Assembly (NCBI GenBank): GCA_038087875.1
Contig: CM075995.1
Location: forward strand, 186,001 to 250,000
Source of the DNA: Malacoraja senta
Taxonomy: Eukaryota
DNA length: 64,000 nucleotides
Reading direction: 5' to 3'
This document shows positions 23,187-36,096 of the stretch, piece by piece; positions within the stretch are counted from its first letter, which is position 1; each line of letters opens with the position of its first letter. The notes beneath the pieces are model-generated. The model searched no databases. It saw only the letters and a program-made list of their open reading frames with translations, and was not told where the DNA came from. The translations under genes were made by a program, and so were the position numbers.

Positions 23187-24419
23187 TCAGGGCACCTCGG
23201 GAGCGGCGTAGATCTTGCATGTGTGGTCTCCGCTGTCCAACACCACCAGCTCGCCGTCAGCGGTGCACGCCAGCCCCGCCGGCCGGACCAGGCCCTCGGC
23301 GATGAGGACTCGGTAGCGGAGGGTTCCCGCGGCGATGCCCTCCACAAGACCCACCGTGCCCCCCAGCCCGTCGGCCACCAGCACGTTGCCTCGCCCGTCC
23401 GCGGCGATGGCGGAGAGGCCGGCGGGGAGCCGGGCCGGGCTGAAGACGGTGCTGTCGAGTTGGCGGATGAGTTGGCGGCGGCTGTTGAAGGTCTTGAGGC
23501 GGATGCAAGAAGAGGAGGAGGAGGAGGAGGAGGAGGAGGAGGAGGGTGGGAGAGGTTGCAAATGCTCCACCACGTGGATGCAAGAGTGTAGCTGGCACAC
23601 GGCCACCTCCCGCGGACACTGCAACCCCTCGCTCACGGTGTCGGTGCTCAATAAGCCGCCGCCGGGCAGGTGCAGGCTGAGTAGCAACAAGGTACCTCGC
23701 CGGGCGTCGGTCACAGCCACCTGGTCGGAGCCCGGACCGGCCGCCACTCCCCAGGGTAAAGCCAAGTCGCCCTGGATGATCTTCGGGCCCGGCTTTTGGC
23801 TCTGTCCCAGGGCGAACACTTTGAGGGACGAGTCCCCGCCGTCGGCCACCACCAGCAGCAACCCACCGCCGGCCAGCGCCACACCCAGCGGGTACAACAA
23901 GCCGCTCAACCCGGAGGCAGCGGCAGCGGCTGCGGGCTCCAGTGAATCCTCCTCTTCTCCCCGCTCCCACAGCCGCAGCGGGCGGCGGGGGTCGTCGTCA
24001 GCCACGGCCAGCGCCCCGGAGCTGGGGCAGACAGCCAGCGCCCGGGGGTTGAGCAGCTTCCCCCAGCCGCCGAGCACGGCCGTGAGCCGGGGCTGAGTAG
24101 TGAGGGGACACGGGCTGCTGCTGCTACCGCCGTTACCGCCGCCCTCGGCCACCGGGCTCAGCAGCTCCGCCAGCTGCAGCAGAGGCAGGCAGTCGGTGGC
24201 TTGTGAAGCCGGCCCGCAACGCCGACAGAACGGGCACTGCAGCAGCTGCCGCCCTCCGTGGGACAGGGCCCCGGCGCATTGGCGGCACACGGCGTGGCCG
24301 CAGGGCAACACGCAAGGCCGGCGCTCCGCGCTGTCGCTGTAGATCTCCAAACACACTTTGCACTCCAGCACGTTGAGCTGGATGTCCCGCAGGAGGCTGC
24401 TGGCGGCGAGCAGGGACAT
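23187..24419 (-). CDS. NHLRC1: E3 ubiquitin ligase malin (RING finger + NHL repeats), intronless CDS, 410 aa
   Basis: RING CKVC..RRPCVLPCGHAVCRQC..CPFCRR, then GGWGKLLNP and NHL-type repeats (YPLGVA, PWGVA, PAGLA). GC/CpG-rich. Next to TPMT and KIF13A as in human. Confidence 0.95.
   Translation of the reverse strand: MSLLAASSLLRDIQLNVLECKVCLEIYSDSAERRPCVLPCGHAVCRQCAGALSHGGRQLLQCPFCRRCGPASQATDCLPLLQLAELLSPVAEGGGNGGSSSSPCPLTTQPRLTAVLGGWGKLLNPRALAVCPSSGALAVADDDPRRPLRLWERGEEEDSLEPAAAAAASGLSGLLYPLGVALAGGGLLLVVADGGDSSLKVFALGQSQKPGPKIIQGDLALPWGVAAGPGSDQVAVTDARRGTLLLLSLHLPGGGLLSTDTVSEGLQCPREVAVCQLHSCIHVVEHLQPLPPSSSSSSSSSSSSCIRLKTFNSRRQLIRQLDSTVFSPARLPAGLSAIAADGRGNVLVADGLGGTVGLVEGIAAGTLRYRVLIAEGLVRPAGLACTADGELVVLDSGDHTCKIYAAPEVP
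23508..23543 (-). repeat. (TCC)10(TCT)2 coding microsatellite giving Ser12 in NHLRC1
   Basis: Read directly: aga aga (gga)10 on +. Confidence 0.95.
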
Positions 24420-27400
24420 CGGCCTGGAGGTGGTGGAGGGAGGACTTAATCCAGAAAGGGTTTTTGGGAAGAAAGAGCTACCTTAAATGTAGTTGCCTCC
24501 CCACCACCTCTCCTTCAACTCAGCCGCCCTCACCCACGTCTTCTGTGCAGGAAGGAACTGCGGGTGCTGCTTCAAAAGCGAAGATATAGACACACACACA
24601 AGTAACTCAGCGGGACAGGCAGCGGCTCTGAAGAGAAGGAATGGGTGACGTTTGGGATCGAGTCCCATCACTGACGTCTTCTTCTGGCCACGGGCCCCAC
24701 AAGCCAGACCACATGCAAGAGCCTGTCAGCGGTACCGTGAGCCTGCCTGCTGGGGCTGGCACGAATTACACTCCTTGTTCCTCTCCGGTTCAATGCATGT
24801 CAACGAAACACGCAAGGGAAATGGTGCACAGCAAAGACGGAGCAAAAATAAGAATCCATAATTTAAAAAAAAAGTAGAGGTGCTGACTATCTTTTCTTCC
24901 ACTTGTTCCTTCTGCCTGGTTATAAGATCACATAGACACAAAATGCTGGAGTAACTCAACGGGACAGACAGCATCTCTGGGTAGAAGGAATGGGTGACGT
25001 TTGTGGTCGAGACTCTTCTTCAGACAGATGGTCTTAAGATCAGATTCTCCCAAGATGTAGAACATATATAGTACAGCGCAGGAACATGGCTTTCGACTAC
25101 AATGTCTGATAATGCCACGATAAACTGCTTGCTTTCTGGCTCCACTTTAGTCCCACCATCCTCGTCTTTTGGCGCTTAGTTCGTAGGGAGTGTGTAGAAC
25201 AGAAGAAGATAGAAACAAAGATAATAGGTGCAGGAGTAGGCCATTCAGCCCTTCGAGCCAGCACCGCCATTCAATATGATCATGACTGATCATCCAAAAT
25301 CAGTACCCCGTTCCTGCTTTTTCCCCATATCCCTTTATTCTGTTAACACCAAGAGCTATAGCTAATTCTCTCTTGAAAACATCCAGTGAATTGGCCTCCA
25401 CTGCCCTCTGTGGCAGAGAATTCCACCTCTGGGTGAAAAAGTTTTCCCTCATCTCAGTCCTAAATGGCCTCCCCCTTATTCTTAAACTGTGACCCCTGGT
25501 TCTGGACTCCCCCAACATCGGGAACATTTTTCCTGCATCTAGCCTGTCCAATCCCATTAAGAAGATGTCTTGATCGGTTTGTTCCAGGGCCTGGCCAAGC
25601 TGGCCATTCGTGGGTTACGTCGCCAGGCAGAGGGCGGCTCTGCCTGAGCTGACTGCTGGCCCCTTTCCCCTTTCCTTGAGAAAGAACACACAACGCTCAC
25701 GAGCACCACAGAGGATTTCCGAGACCGCTGGGCATAGTAATAAGAATATTTGGTGATTTTTCTATTATTATGGTGGTAGGTGTGTGTTTTTGTTTGTTTT
25801 GTCAATATTATTGTAAATAATTGGATAAATTTAGTTTTGATTAAAAAAAACTAATTAAATCTGCCTGCACATATTTTATAAACCTCCTCCCCCCCCATTC
25901 TCTACATATTTATGTACATATCTAATGCTTGTTAAAACCACTATTGTATTTGATCCACCGCTGCCCCTAACACACATTGCAGGCACCCATTAATTTACCC
26001 TCTTTAAAAAAAACACATGTCTCCTTTAAACTTTGCCCCTCTCACCTTCATGCTATGCCAATGTTGGTGCATTGGGAAAATGTGTGAACTCCACAGACTG
26101 TATCAGAGGTCACGATTGAATCCAGGGTGCATAGAACTGTGAGGGGAAGATACAGATTGCAGAATATAGTTCTCAACATTGTCGTGCACCAGTTCCAGAG
26201 TCAAAGTCTAATGACAACAATGGGGTAAAGGTGAATTGTACTAGCTTATGGAAGGACCGTTCAACAGCCTGATAACGGAGGGGAAGAAGCCGTTCCTGAG
26301 TCTGGTGGTGTGCGTTTTCAAGCTTCCGTACTTTTTGCCAGATGGGAGCAGGGAGGACGAGAAATGACCAAGGTGGAACTAAGTCTTTGGTTATATTAGA
26401 AAGACACAAAATGCTGAAGTAATTCAGCTGGTCAGGCAGCATCCTTGAAGAACATGGATAGGTGGCTAGAAAGGTGGCTTTCCAGGTTAGCATCCTTCAG
26501 ATTGATTATATTGGCTGCTTTTCTGAGGCTGGCGATGTGCAGATAGAGTGGGGAAGAGTCTGGTCTGTGTGATGGTCTGGCCTTCACCTACAACTCTCTG
26601 CAATTTCTTGTGATCTTGGGCAGAGCTGTTCCCAAATCAAGCTGTGATGCAACCCGACAGTACACTTTAGGTTAAATAAATTATTTTAATCATCATAGTA
26701 AACTCTTCTCAATACCTGAGATTTTGATCACTTTCAAAAATACTGCAAAGGTGATCTGTTGATTTAAATTCTGCTTCTGACATTTACCATGCACACATGG
26801 CCCTCAATCCAAGCATGTTTGATCTAACAATACAAATGTTTTACAAAATGCATAGAAACAAAATCATAATCACATTCTGCATTCTCCCTTCAGAGAAAAA
26901 TAGAATCTTTGTTATCATTTAATCCATCATTTTAAAAACATTTAAATAATTCTGATATACTTCATACTTCCTATTCAAACAAACCAGTGTTCAAAACCTA
27001 ATCCAGCATCAGTGAGATGAAATTATCTAAATTCTCAAGAAAGAAAGGTATGATTTTTCAAGTCATTAATAAGATGAACCCAGCACAGTTAAGGAATTAT
27101 GAATTATTATGAATGTTTTCCACACGCATTTTGTGGGACACCAGTAGCACCGTGCTGAGTATTTCACGATTGTGAAAATCTACGTTTAGAGCCAAAAGTG
27201 GAAATATTATGAGAGTTGATTCAAGGTGGGTTGTAAAGGAGTGAGAGATTGAATATTCAGAGTGGTAATTCAAGTGCTGGGCCATTTTAAAGATGTGGTC
27301 CCTTATGGTGATATCATAGGGGCTGTCACTGGAGATTAAAAGATGCAGAATTTGGGAGGTATACGGTTAGGTTTAGGTTTATTATTGTCACATGTACCGA

Positions 27401-27953
27401 GGTACAGTGAAAAGTTGTTTTGCATGTTAACCAAACTGATCAGATATACATACCATACATAGATACAATCAAGATAAACTCAAGTACAATAGATAGAGTA
27501 ATGGGGGTTACAAACAGGAGATAGATGAAGTCACATGATGAACCACAGAAGGAAAATTAAGCCACAAAGGATAAAAAATACTAATTATGGCTGTCAGGGA
27601 AGTGGAAGCCAACGCTAGTTTAGGGAACTAAGGTTATAGACAACAAAGATTAGGTAACAGGATATGGCAAGCAATGGAGGGATATGGGTCACATTAAGGC
27701 AGAGGAAATTAGTTCAACTTGGTATCATGTTCAGAATACATATTGAGGGTTGAAGGGCCTGTTCCTATGCTGTAATGATCTATGATAGGACACTGGTGTT
27801 AGAGTTTAGAATTAATGGTTTATGACAAAATAACTATTAGAATAGTCTTGCAGAAAAGAGGGATTAACTGGCAGATGCATTTAGGTAGTGCTCAGGATGA
27901 AGAAGGTACAAACTTAGAATGGAGGCAAAAATGTCCAGATCATGGTTTATAAA

Positions 27954-27974
27954 GTGTGTGTGTGTGTGTGTGTG
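27954..27974. repeat. (TG)n microsatellite
   Basis: gtgtgtg... read directly. Confidence 0.9.
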
Positions 27975-28720
27975 TAATTGATGTCAAGTACAGAATTTGA
28001 GTCAAGATTGAAGATAATGGTATTCTTTGCTAGTCCATCTAACTATTGAATGCATTTTGATATATAAATAGAAAGCAGAGGGTTTCATAGCAGTGCTATA
28101 GAGGGAAAATTGTGTGTCATTGAGATATGGCAGATGGCCTTGTGTTATAATGCTTCCGAAAGGCAGGAAGTTGTTGAAAACGACAAAGACCAGGGACATT
28201 TCAAGTAACCGTGCACAGCTAGGAAGTGAAACCAATGAAGCAAATATTCCAGAAGTAACTAAATAAATGGTATGGACTGGAAACTCCATTGAGTATGAAA
28301 ACAAAAGGGGATCCGTTGAATGAAGATGTTGCAGTAGAAAATGCCAATACAGTAGAAAAATGAGCTCAATTGGCCATCAAATCTGAATGGCCTGTTGTTA
28401 AAGAAGGAACTGCAGATGCTGGAAAATCGAAGGTACACAAAAATGCTGGAGAAACTCAGTGGGTGCAGCAGCATCTATGGAGCGAAGGAAATAGGCAACG
28501 TTTCGGGCCGAAACCCTTCTTCAGACTGATAGGGGGTGGGGAGAAGAAAGGAAAAAAGGAAAAAAGGCGGAGGAGGAGCCCGAGGGCTGGGGGATGGGAG
28601 GAGACAACCAGAGAGCTGATGAAGGGGAGGGGACAGCAAGGGCTAGCAGAATTGGGAGAATTTATGTTTCTCCTGTTTATGTGCTGCCTGTGAGGCCTGT
28701 TTATGTGCTGCAAATGGTAT

Positions 28721-31700
28721 TTCTTTTTTTTTAATTTTTTTTTAAAAATATTTTTATTTTATTAGAAGTAAGTACAATTGTATACAATCATATTTTCATA
28801 ATACCTTTTATGTACAGCTTCTTATTTAAAAAAAAATTTGAAATAAAGAAGAAAAAGAAAAAAGTTAGATAATGAAAAATAGAAAAATGTGAGATATATA
28901 GTGTGTGAAAAAGAAAAATAAAGAATGAAATAAGAAAGTTGAGACATAGAAAATAGAAGAAAGAGAATAAATGAAAAGAAGAGAAGAAAAGAAAATAGAA
29001 GGAGATCATTTATAATCTTGACCATCCGCAGTCACGGATTAGCTTTTACACCTGTTTTGCACCATACGTTTCCAAAAAGACGACAAATGGAGACCAACTC
29101 GTTATGATTTGGTCAAATTTATCTATTAGGAGGAATCGCATTTCCTCAAGATGTGCGGTATCCAACATACTTGCAATCCACATTTTGAGCGTTGGTATTG
29201 GTGTATTTTTCCAAAATTTCAATATTAATTTTTTTGCTATTATTAAACCATAATTAAAAATTGACTTTTGAGATGAGCTCAATTTGTTCCCGTCTTCCAT
29301 TACCCCAAATATAATCAATTCATTATTGGGTTCCATTTTTGTCTTAAATAATTTTGTAAATATTTCGAAAATATCACTCCAAAATCCATGAAGTTTTATA
29401 CAAGAAACAAAAGAGTGTGTTATAGTTGCTTCTTGGATTAAACATTTATCGCAAATGGGCGATATATTTGGATACAATTTATTTAATCTTGTTTTTGAGT
29501 AATATAATCTATGTAAAATTTTAAATTGGATTAGATTATGTCTTGCGTTAATCGAACACTTGTGAATTTATGTCAAATACTTTTCCCATGTAGCCTTCGT
29601 AATTTTTATCAATAATTCCCGTTCCCACTCTTCTCTAATTACCTCGGTCACAGGTAAATCTATATTTAAGATACTATTATATAAATATGCTATTAATTTT
29701 TGTGTATCAGCTTTTATATTCATTACTTCTTCTAGTAAATCAGGAGTTATTTTTTGATATCCCTGTATGTATGTCTTCAAAAAATTACAAATCTGAAAAT
29801 ATTTAAAATAATGAGTGTTTTTCAGTTTAAATTTTAATTGTAATTGTTGAAATGATAATAAATCTCCCATTTCATACATATCCCCGATCCTTTTAATTCC
29901 TAAACTTTCCCATTGATTATATATTTTATCCATCATAGATGGTTTAAATAAAGGATTATTCGCTATCGGTGTTAACAATGATAGGTTTCTTAATTTTAAG
30001 GATAGTTTTATTTGTTTCCATATTCTTATTGTATCTTGTATAATTGGGTTTTTCTTATATATTGTATTGTTCATTTTTTTCGGGGAGAAGAGGATTGTTC
30101 CTATATTACAAGGATAACAATCCTCTTTCTCCATTTTTATCCATTCTGTCTGTTGAGTTGAACTATCCAACCAGTAAATTATATTCTTAATATGTATTGC
30201 CCAATAGTAATACAAAAAATTAGGGAGTGAAAGTCCCCCGACATCTTTTGGTTTACATAAGTGTTCTTTTTTAATTCTATGTGATTCGTAATCCCAAACA
30301 AAATTAGTAATATTAGCATTCAGTTTAGAGAAGAAATATTTTGGTACATATACTGGTATAGATTGAAATAAGTATAATAACTGTGGTAAGAAGCTCATTT
30401 TAATAGCATTTATTCTGCCTATTAATGATAAAGGGAGTGTTTTCCAAAATTTTATCATTATATTAAGTTTATTTATTAAGGGTATAAAATTAGCATTGAA
30501 TAAAGCTTTATGTTTTCTAGTAATCTGTATACCCAGATATTTGAATTTTTCTGTTGCTATTTTAAAGGGGAATTTCAATAAGTGTGTGGATTCTTGAGGT
30601 TTTAACGTCATAATTTCACTTTTGTTCCAATTTATTCTATATCCTGAAAAGGACCCAAATTCCTCTATTAAATTTAATAAATTTGGTATACTCGTTTGTG
30701 AATTTGTTATATATAACAAAATATCGTCTGCATACAATGAAATTTTATTATTTGAGTCCCTAGTATTATAACCCTGAATATTCGGATGGCTTCTTATACT
30801 TTCAGCCAGAGGTTCTATCATAAGGGCAAATAGCAGGGGTGATAAAGCACATCCCTGCCTATTACCCCTTGATAATTGAAATTTTTGAGATAACATGCTG
30901 TTAGTTAATATTCTTGCCATCGGTTTATCATATAATAATTTCACCCATGCAATAAAATTCTCTCCCATATTAAATTTTTGTAATACTATGTATAAATACT
31001 GCCATTCTACCTGATCAAATGCTTTCTCTGCGTCCAAAGAAATAATTGCTAAGTCTTTTTCTTCCTTTTTATGTGAGTACATTATATTAAACAGGCGTCT
31101 CAAATTATTAAATGAATATCTTTTGGGTATAAACCCCGTTTGATCAGGGTTTATCAATTTACTAATATATTTGCTTAGTCTTCTAGCTAAGGTCTTTGCT
31201 AGAATTTTCTGGTCGGTATTTAAAAGTGATATAGCTCTATATGAACCCGGTTCCTCTAGATCTTTATCTTTCTTTGGAATAAGCGTAATAGTTGATTCTG
31301 CTAATGTTTCAGGTAATTTATTTTCTTTAAAAACGTGAGTATATAAATTAAATAGATCGGGGGTCGTTATCTCATGAAACTTTTTATAGAATTCATTACT
31401 AAAACCATCTGGTCCCGGTGTCTTACCATTTTTCAGCAATTTTATTGTTTCACCTATTTCTTCGATTGTAATTTGCGCTCCTAGTTCTTCTTGTTCCAAA
31501 AGGTCAAGTTTTGGTAGATTACATTTATCTAAAAAATTTGTAATTTTACTATCTTCTGTTTTGGTTTTTGATGTGTATAAATTCTGATAAAATTGAACAA
31601 ATCTTTTATTGATATCTTTAGGTAGTGTTAGTAATTCACCATTCTCAGATTTAATTTTATTTATAGTATTTTCCTTTTCCTGTTTTTTCAATTGACGCGC

Positions 31701-33426
31701 CAACAGCTTATGTGGTTTGTCACCAAACTCAAAATGTTCCTGTTTTGTAATTTGGAATAATCTTATTACTCTTGCCGAGAGAATTCGGTTAAGTTTAAAT
31801 TTCAGTAGTATTATCTTATTATGCTTATCTATAGTGGGATCTTTAGCATTATCTAACTCTAACTGTCTTATTTCTTGTTCTAACAGCATCTGTTCAGTTT
31901 TATTCTTATTTTGAAAAATTTCATATGAAATTATAATTCCTCTAATAAATGCTTTAAAAGTTTCCCATATTAAAGAAGGTGAGGTACCTGGTGTATCATT
32001 TATCTCAAGAAATGATATCATTTGTTGTTTCAAATATTGATAACCCTGTAGGTCATTTAATATATATGTGTTAAACCTCCAAAAAAAATTCTTTCCCGGC
32101 ATTCCTTCAAATTTTACTAAAAAAGTCAATGGAGAGTGATCAGAAATACTACTAATATGGTAAGTTGGGTTAATTATATATGGCATTAATTTTCTATCCA
32201 CTAAAAAATAATCAATTCTTGAGTATGTTTTATGTACCGAAGAGTAAAACGAGTATTCCCTTCCTGCTGGGTTAGCAGATCTCCATACATCTGTTATGTT
32301 AGTATTTTTTATATATGTATTTAGAAATTCACTAGTCTTAGATTTTGTATTACTCCTTCTTTGTTTTGCTGATTTGTCTAAGTAAGGATCTAAAACACAA
32401 TTGAAATCCCCTCCTATTATGACATTTTGATAATTAAACTCCAGTATTATATCTATAATTTTCTCAAAAAATTGAGGGTTATCAAAATTCGGAGCGTAAA
32501 TATTTACCATAGTTATTGGGGTAGCATAAATTTCTCCCGAAACTATAATATACCTTCCCTCTTTATCTGATATAGTATTCTTTAATTTGAACGGTATACC
32601 TTTTCGAATAAGAATAGCCGTACCTCTAGATTTAGAAGTAAATGACGAATAATATGTTTGGCCTATCCACTTCGCCTTTAATCTCATTTGTGTTTCCTGT
32701 TTCATGTGAGTTTCTTGCAAGTAGATTATGTCGCTTTTCAAAGATTTTAGGTGAGCAAAAATTTTACCCCTCTTTATTGGTTCATTGGCACCCCTTATAT
32801 TCCAACTACAGAATGTGATTCCTCCATTCTTTATTTGCCTATCGTCCTGCATTGTATATCAAAGTGATGTTCTTGAAACATATGGTGCAAACAAATACCT
32901 CCGTGTTCTGGACGTTGGGTGGTCATTCCAAATTTTTAAGTTTACATTACATCTCCATCTCCAAAAGTGCCTTAGATAAAGCAAGAAAAGTTGTGATTTA
33001 CAATTAATTAAGTGATTTTTAAAAAAAAGTGAAATTAAGGTATCTAAAAGCAGGTACCTTAAAGACAAATAGCCACCTAAGGTGGCGAAAGAATTATAGA
33101 CTTCCTTTGATGTTATTTTACAGTGAGCCCCAATCCCTTATTAACACCTCGTAAAAAATAATTTAAAAAAAAACCTACAAACCATCTCGTTTATTCTTGT
33201 ATAACTTTATCAAACTAGCGTTAGTAAAATGCCCCCCAAAAAATTAATTAAAAAAAAAAATATATAGTAATAATAATAATAATAATAACAAAAATATGCA
33301 AAGATAAAATATTAAAGAGTTAAAAAAAAAAAAGAAAACATTAATGTAATTAAACCCCAAATCCAAATATAAACCACAACCTATTCTAATTTCTATAAGT
33401 ATTTGTACTGTACCAATTTATCTAGC
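28721..33426 (-). mobile_element. 5'-truncated L1-clade LINE with nearly intact ORF2 (APE endonuclease, RT, C-terminal Cys/His region)
   Basis: ORF2 32852-29046 with one in-frame TAA at 29570-29568. Motifs SWNIRG, YLQETH, GGDFN, SDH, LDAEKAFD, QGCALSP, YADD. A-rich tail. 16-bp TSD GTGCTGCAAATGGTAT at 28705-28720 and 33427-33442. Confidence 0.93.
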
Positions 33427-34127
33427 GTGCTGCAAATGGTATATGTGGAATGTAATATTCCATGGAAAGAAAGTCAAAATTGATGCCATTTCCGATTCTG
33501 ATTTGAACCTTTCTGGTACCCGATGCAAAAATAGATCTCTGCAATTATAGAGTTTCAAACATGAAAACGGTATGGTTGGGCTCAGATCTGGGAAACACAT
33601 GAAAATAAAGCTCAGTTGAACTTGGGGTGAGGGTTTGCAAGATTGTCAATGGTCAAGATTGGGTTGAGTGAATATGTGGAAAATTATGTTTGAAAAGGAG
33701 GTTGATGGAGTAAATATTCGCGCTAATGAATGCAGTATTACTTAAAACGAATTTGGTGTGTGTAGATCCATAAAAAATACACACAGAATATCCATAGAAA
33801 TTCTGCGACAACATGATTCAAAGCCCAGTTTTGGTCACCTTAGATTCACTTAGCTTCTGTCATTGTATGAAGGACATACTGGAAAAACTCAGATCAGCCA
33901 GCATTTGTGGCAAAAGGAATTGTTAATATTTCAGGTTGAAAACCTCATTCATTGTAAGTGCAGAGTTCTAATTATAGATGCTGAACCTGAAATTCGACTC
34001 CTTTTCCCTTTCCACATATGCAGTTTGACCTGCTGAGTTTTCCCAGCGTTTTCTGGTTTTTATTTCAGATTTTCAGCATCTGCAGTTTCCAGATCTTGTA
34101 CGAAGGCTAGGACTGTGCATTGGTCTT

Positions 34128-34234
34128 TTACTTAATTAGATAGATTTCTTCAATGAAGGAATCCAGACCCCACGAAATCTGTTGCTCAGTCATAGCATCC
34201 AATGATTCCATCAACCGAATGTTGCATGATTGGC
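34128..34234 (-). CDS. TPMT: TPMT terminal coding exon, on the minus strand ((G)QSCNIRLMESLDAMTEQQISWGLDSFIEEIYLIK*)
   Basis: Minus-strand acceptor ttctttgcag|GC, 107 nt ending in TAA. Aligns to the human C-terminus [34 protein letters not shown]. Confidence 0.88.
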
Positions 34235-35896
34235 CTGCAAAGAATCCAAAAGTAAACGCAAGGAAATACACTCAAGGTAGCATTTTTTAAAAGAACAAAG
34301 TTAAAATAAAATTGTTGGCAGTGAAAAAACTGGCAACAATTTTAATACCAAATTAGGTCGCATATTTGAGTGTGATCAATAAAGTATCAGCAAAATTATT
34401 TACATAGAGTGCTACAATAGATGAACAATTCAAGAAAATTTGACCTCAAGACTTAAAAGGAGAAGTTGGTGAGATGAGCAAATGATTAATCACAGAGTCA
34501 GGTTTTATGTAGAGCCCTGCAAGAATGGGAAGAGGGATGGAGTTGTTAAGGGAGGGAATTTATAGGGCCTTAGTAATGGACATCACAGCCATCCACAACA
34601 AAAAATATTAAATTCAGTGACAACAATGCTTAATGCAGAGAAGTGCAAGGTGTTGCATTTTGGCCGCACAGTCATGAGTGTAAAGGAGGAGAATAGTAGA
34701 GGGCTGAGAACGCATCCTTGCGGGGCACCGGTGTTGAGAATTATTGAGGAGGATGTGCGGTCAGCTACCTGCACTGATTGTGGTCTGTGGGTCAGAAAGT
34801 TGAGGATCCGGTGGGAGAGGGGAGATTCTGACTACAAGGTCCAGGAGTTTGGATGGGATTATGGTATTGAAAGCGCACCTACAGGCAATTGACTTGAAAG
34901 CAGCAGACTCAGACTTCACCTGGGGGTCGACCTTGCAGTTCATCCAAGGTTTCCAGATGGAGGACACACACGTTGCCTCCAATAAGAAACAGCTGCCCAG
35001 GTTTGCAGATCATGAAGTGATCTCCCTACATTCAGGAAATTAAACATGAAGGAGCAGAGTGAATTACAAACCAAAGCTAGCATGTTTTATTATTTTGTTA
35101 GACCAAATATACTTCAATTCTATTTATACAGCATTACTTCAAAACATTACATGAGCCAAAATGCAGATGATCCTTCACTTGAGAGTTGAGGACGGCACGG
35201 TGGCCTTGGGGTGGAGATACTGCCTTACAGCGCCAGAGACCCAGGTTCGATCCCGCTTAGGGGTGCTGACTTTCTGGAATTTGTACACTCCCCCCGTGAC
35301 CTGCGTGGGTTTTCTCCGAGATCTTTGGTTTCCTCACACACTCCAAAGACGTACAGGTTTGTACGTTAATTGGCTTGGTATAAATGTAAATTGTCCCTAG
35401 TGTGTGTAGGGTAGTGTTAGCGTGTGAAGATCTTTGGTCGGCGCGGACTTGGTGGGTCAAAGGGCCTGTTTCCGCACTGTATCTCTAAACAAAACTAAAT
35501 TAAAGTTGAGGCTGGTGAAACATAGAAACAGAAAATAGGTGCAGGCGTAGGGCATTCGGCCCTTCGAGCCTGCACCGCCTTTCAATATGATCATGGCTGA
35601 TCATCCAACTCAGTATCCTGTACCTGCCTTCTCTCCATACCCCCTGATCCCTTTAGCCACAATGGCCACATCCAACTCCCTCTTAAATATAGCCAATGAA
35701 CTGGCCTCAACTACTTTATGTGGCAGAGAATTCCACAGATTCACCACTCTCTGTGTGAAAAAAAAAATTCTCATCTCGGTCCTAAAAGACTTCCCCCTTA
35801 TCCTTAAACTGTGACCCCTTGTTCTGGACTTCCCCAACATCGGGAACAATCTTCCTGCATCTAGCCTGTCCAACCCCTTAAGAATGTTGTAAGTTT

Positions 35897-36096
35897 NNNN
35901 NNNNNNNNNNNNNNNNNNNNNNNNNNNNNNNNNNNNNNNNNNNNNNNNNNNNNNNNNNNNNNNNNNNNNNNNNNNNNNNNNNNNNNNNNNNNNNNNNNNN
36001 NNNNNNNNNNNNNNNNNNNNNNNNNNNNNNNNNNNNNNNNNNNNNNNNNNNNNNNNNNNNNNNNNNNNNNNNNNNNNNNNNNNNNNNNNNNNNNNN
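35897..36096. other. Assembly gap (200 N)
   Basis: Run of exactly 200 N. The left contig ends inside a CR1 3' fragment. Confidence 0.99.

Noticed and set aside
23145..24096. Long alternative-frame and antisense ORFs over NHLRC1
   Set aside because: Expected stop-codon scarcity in a very GC-rich CDS; no recognisable domains.
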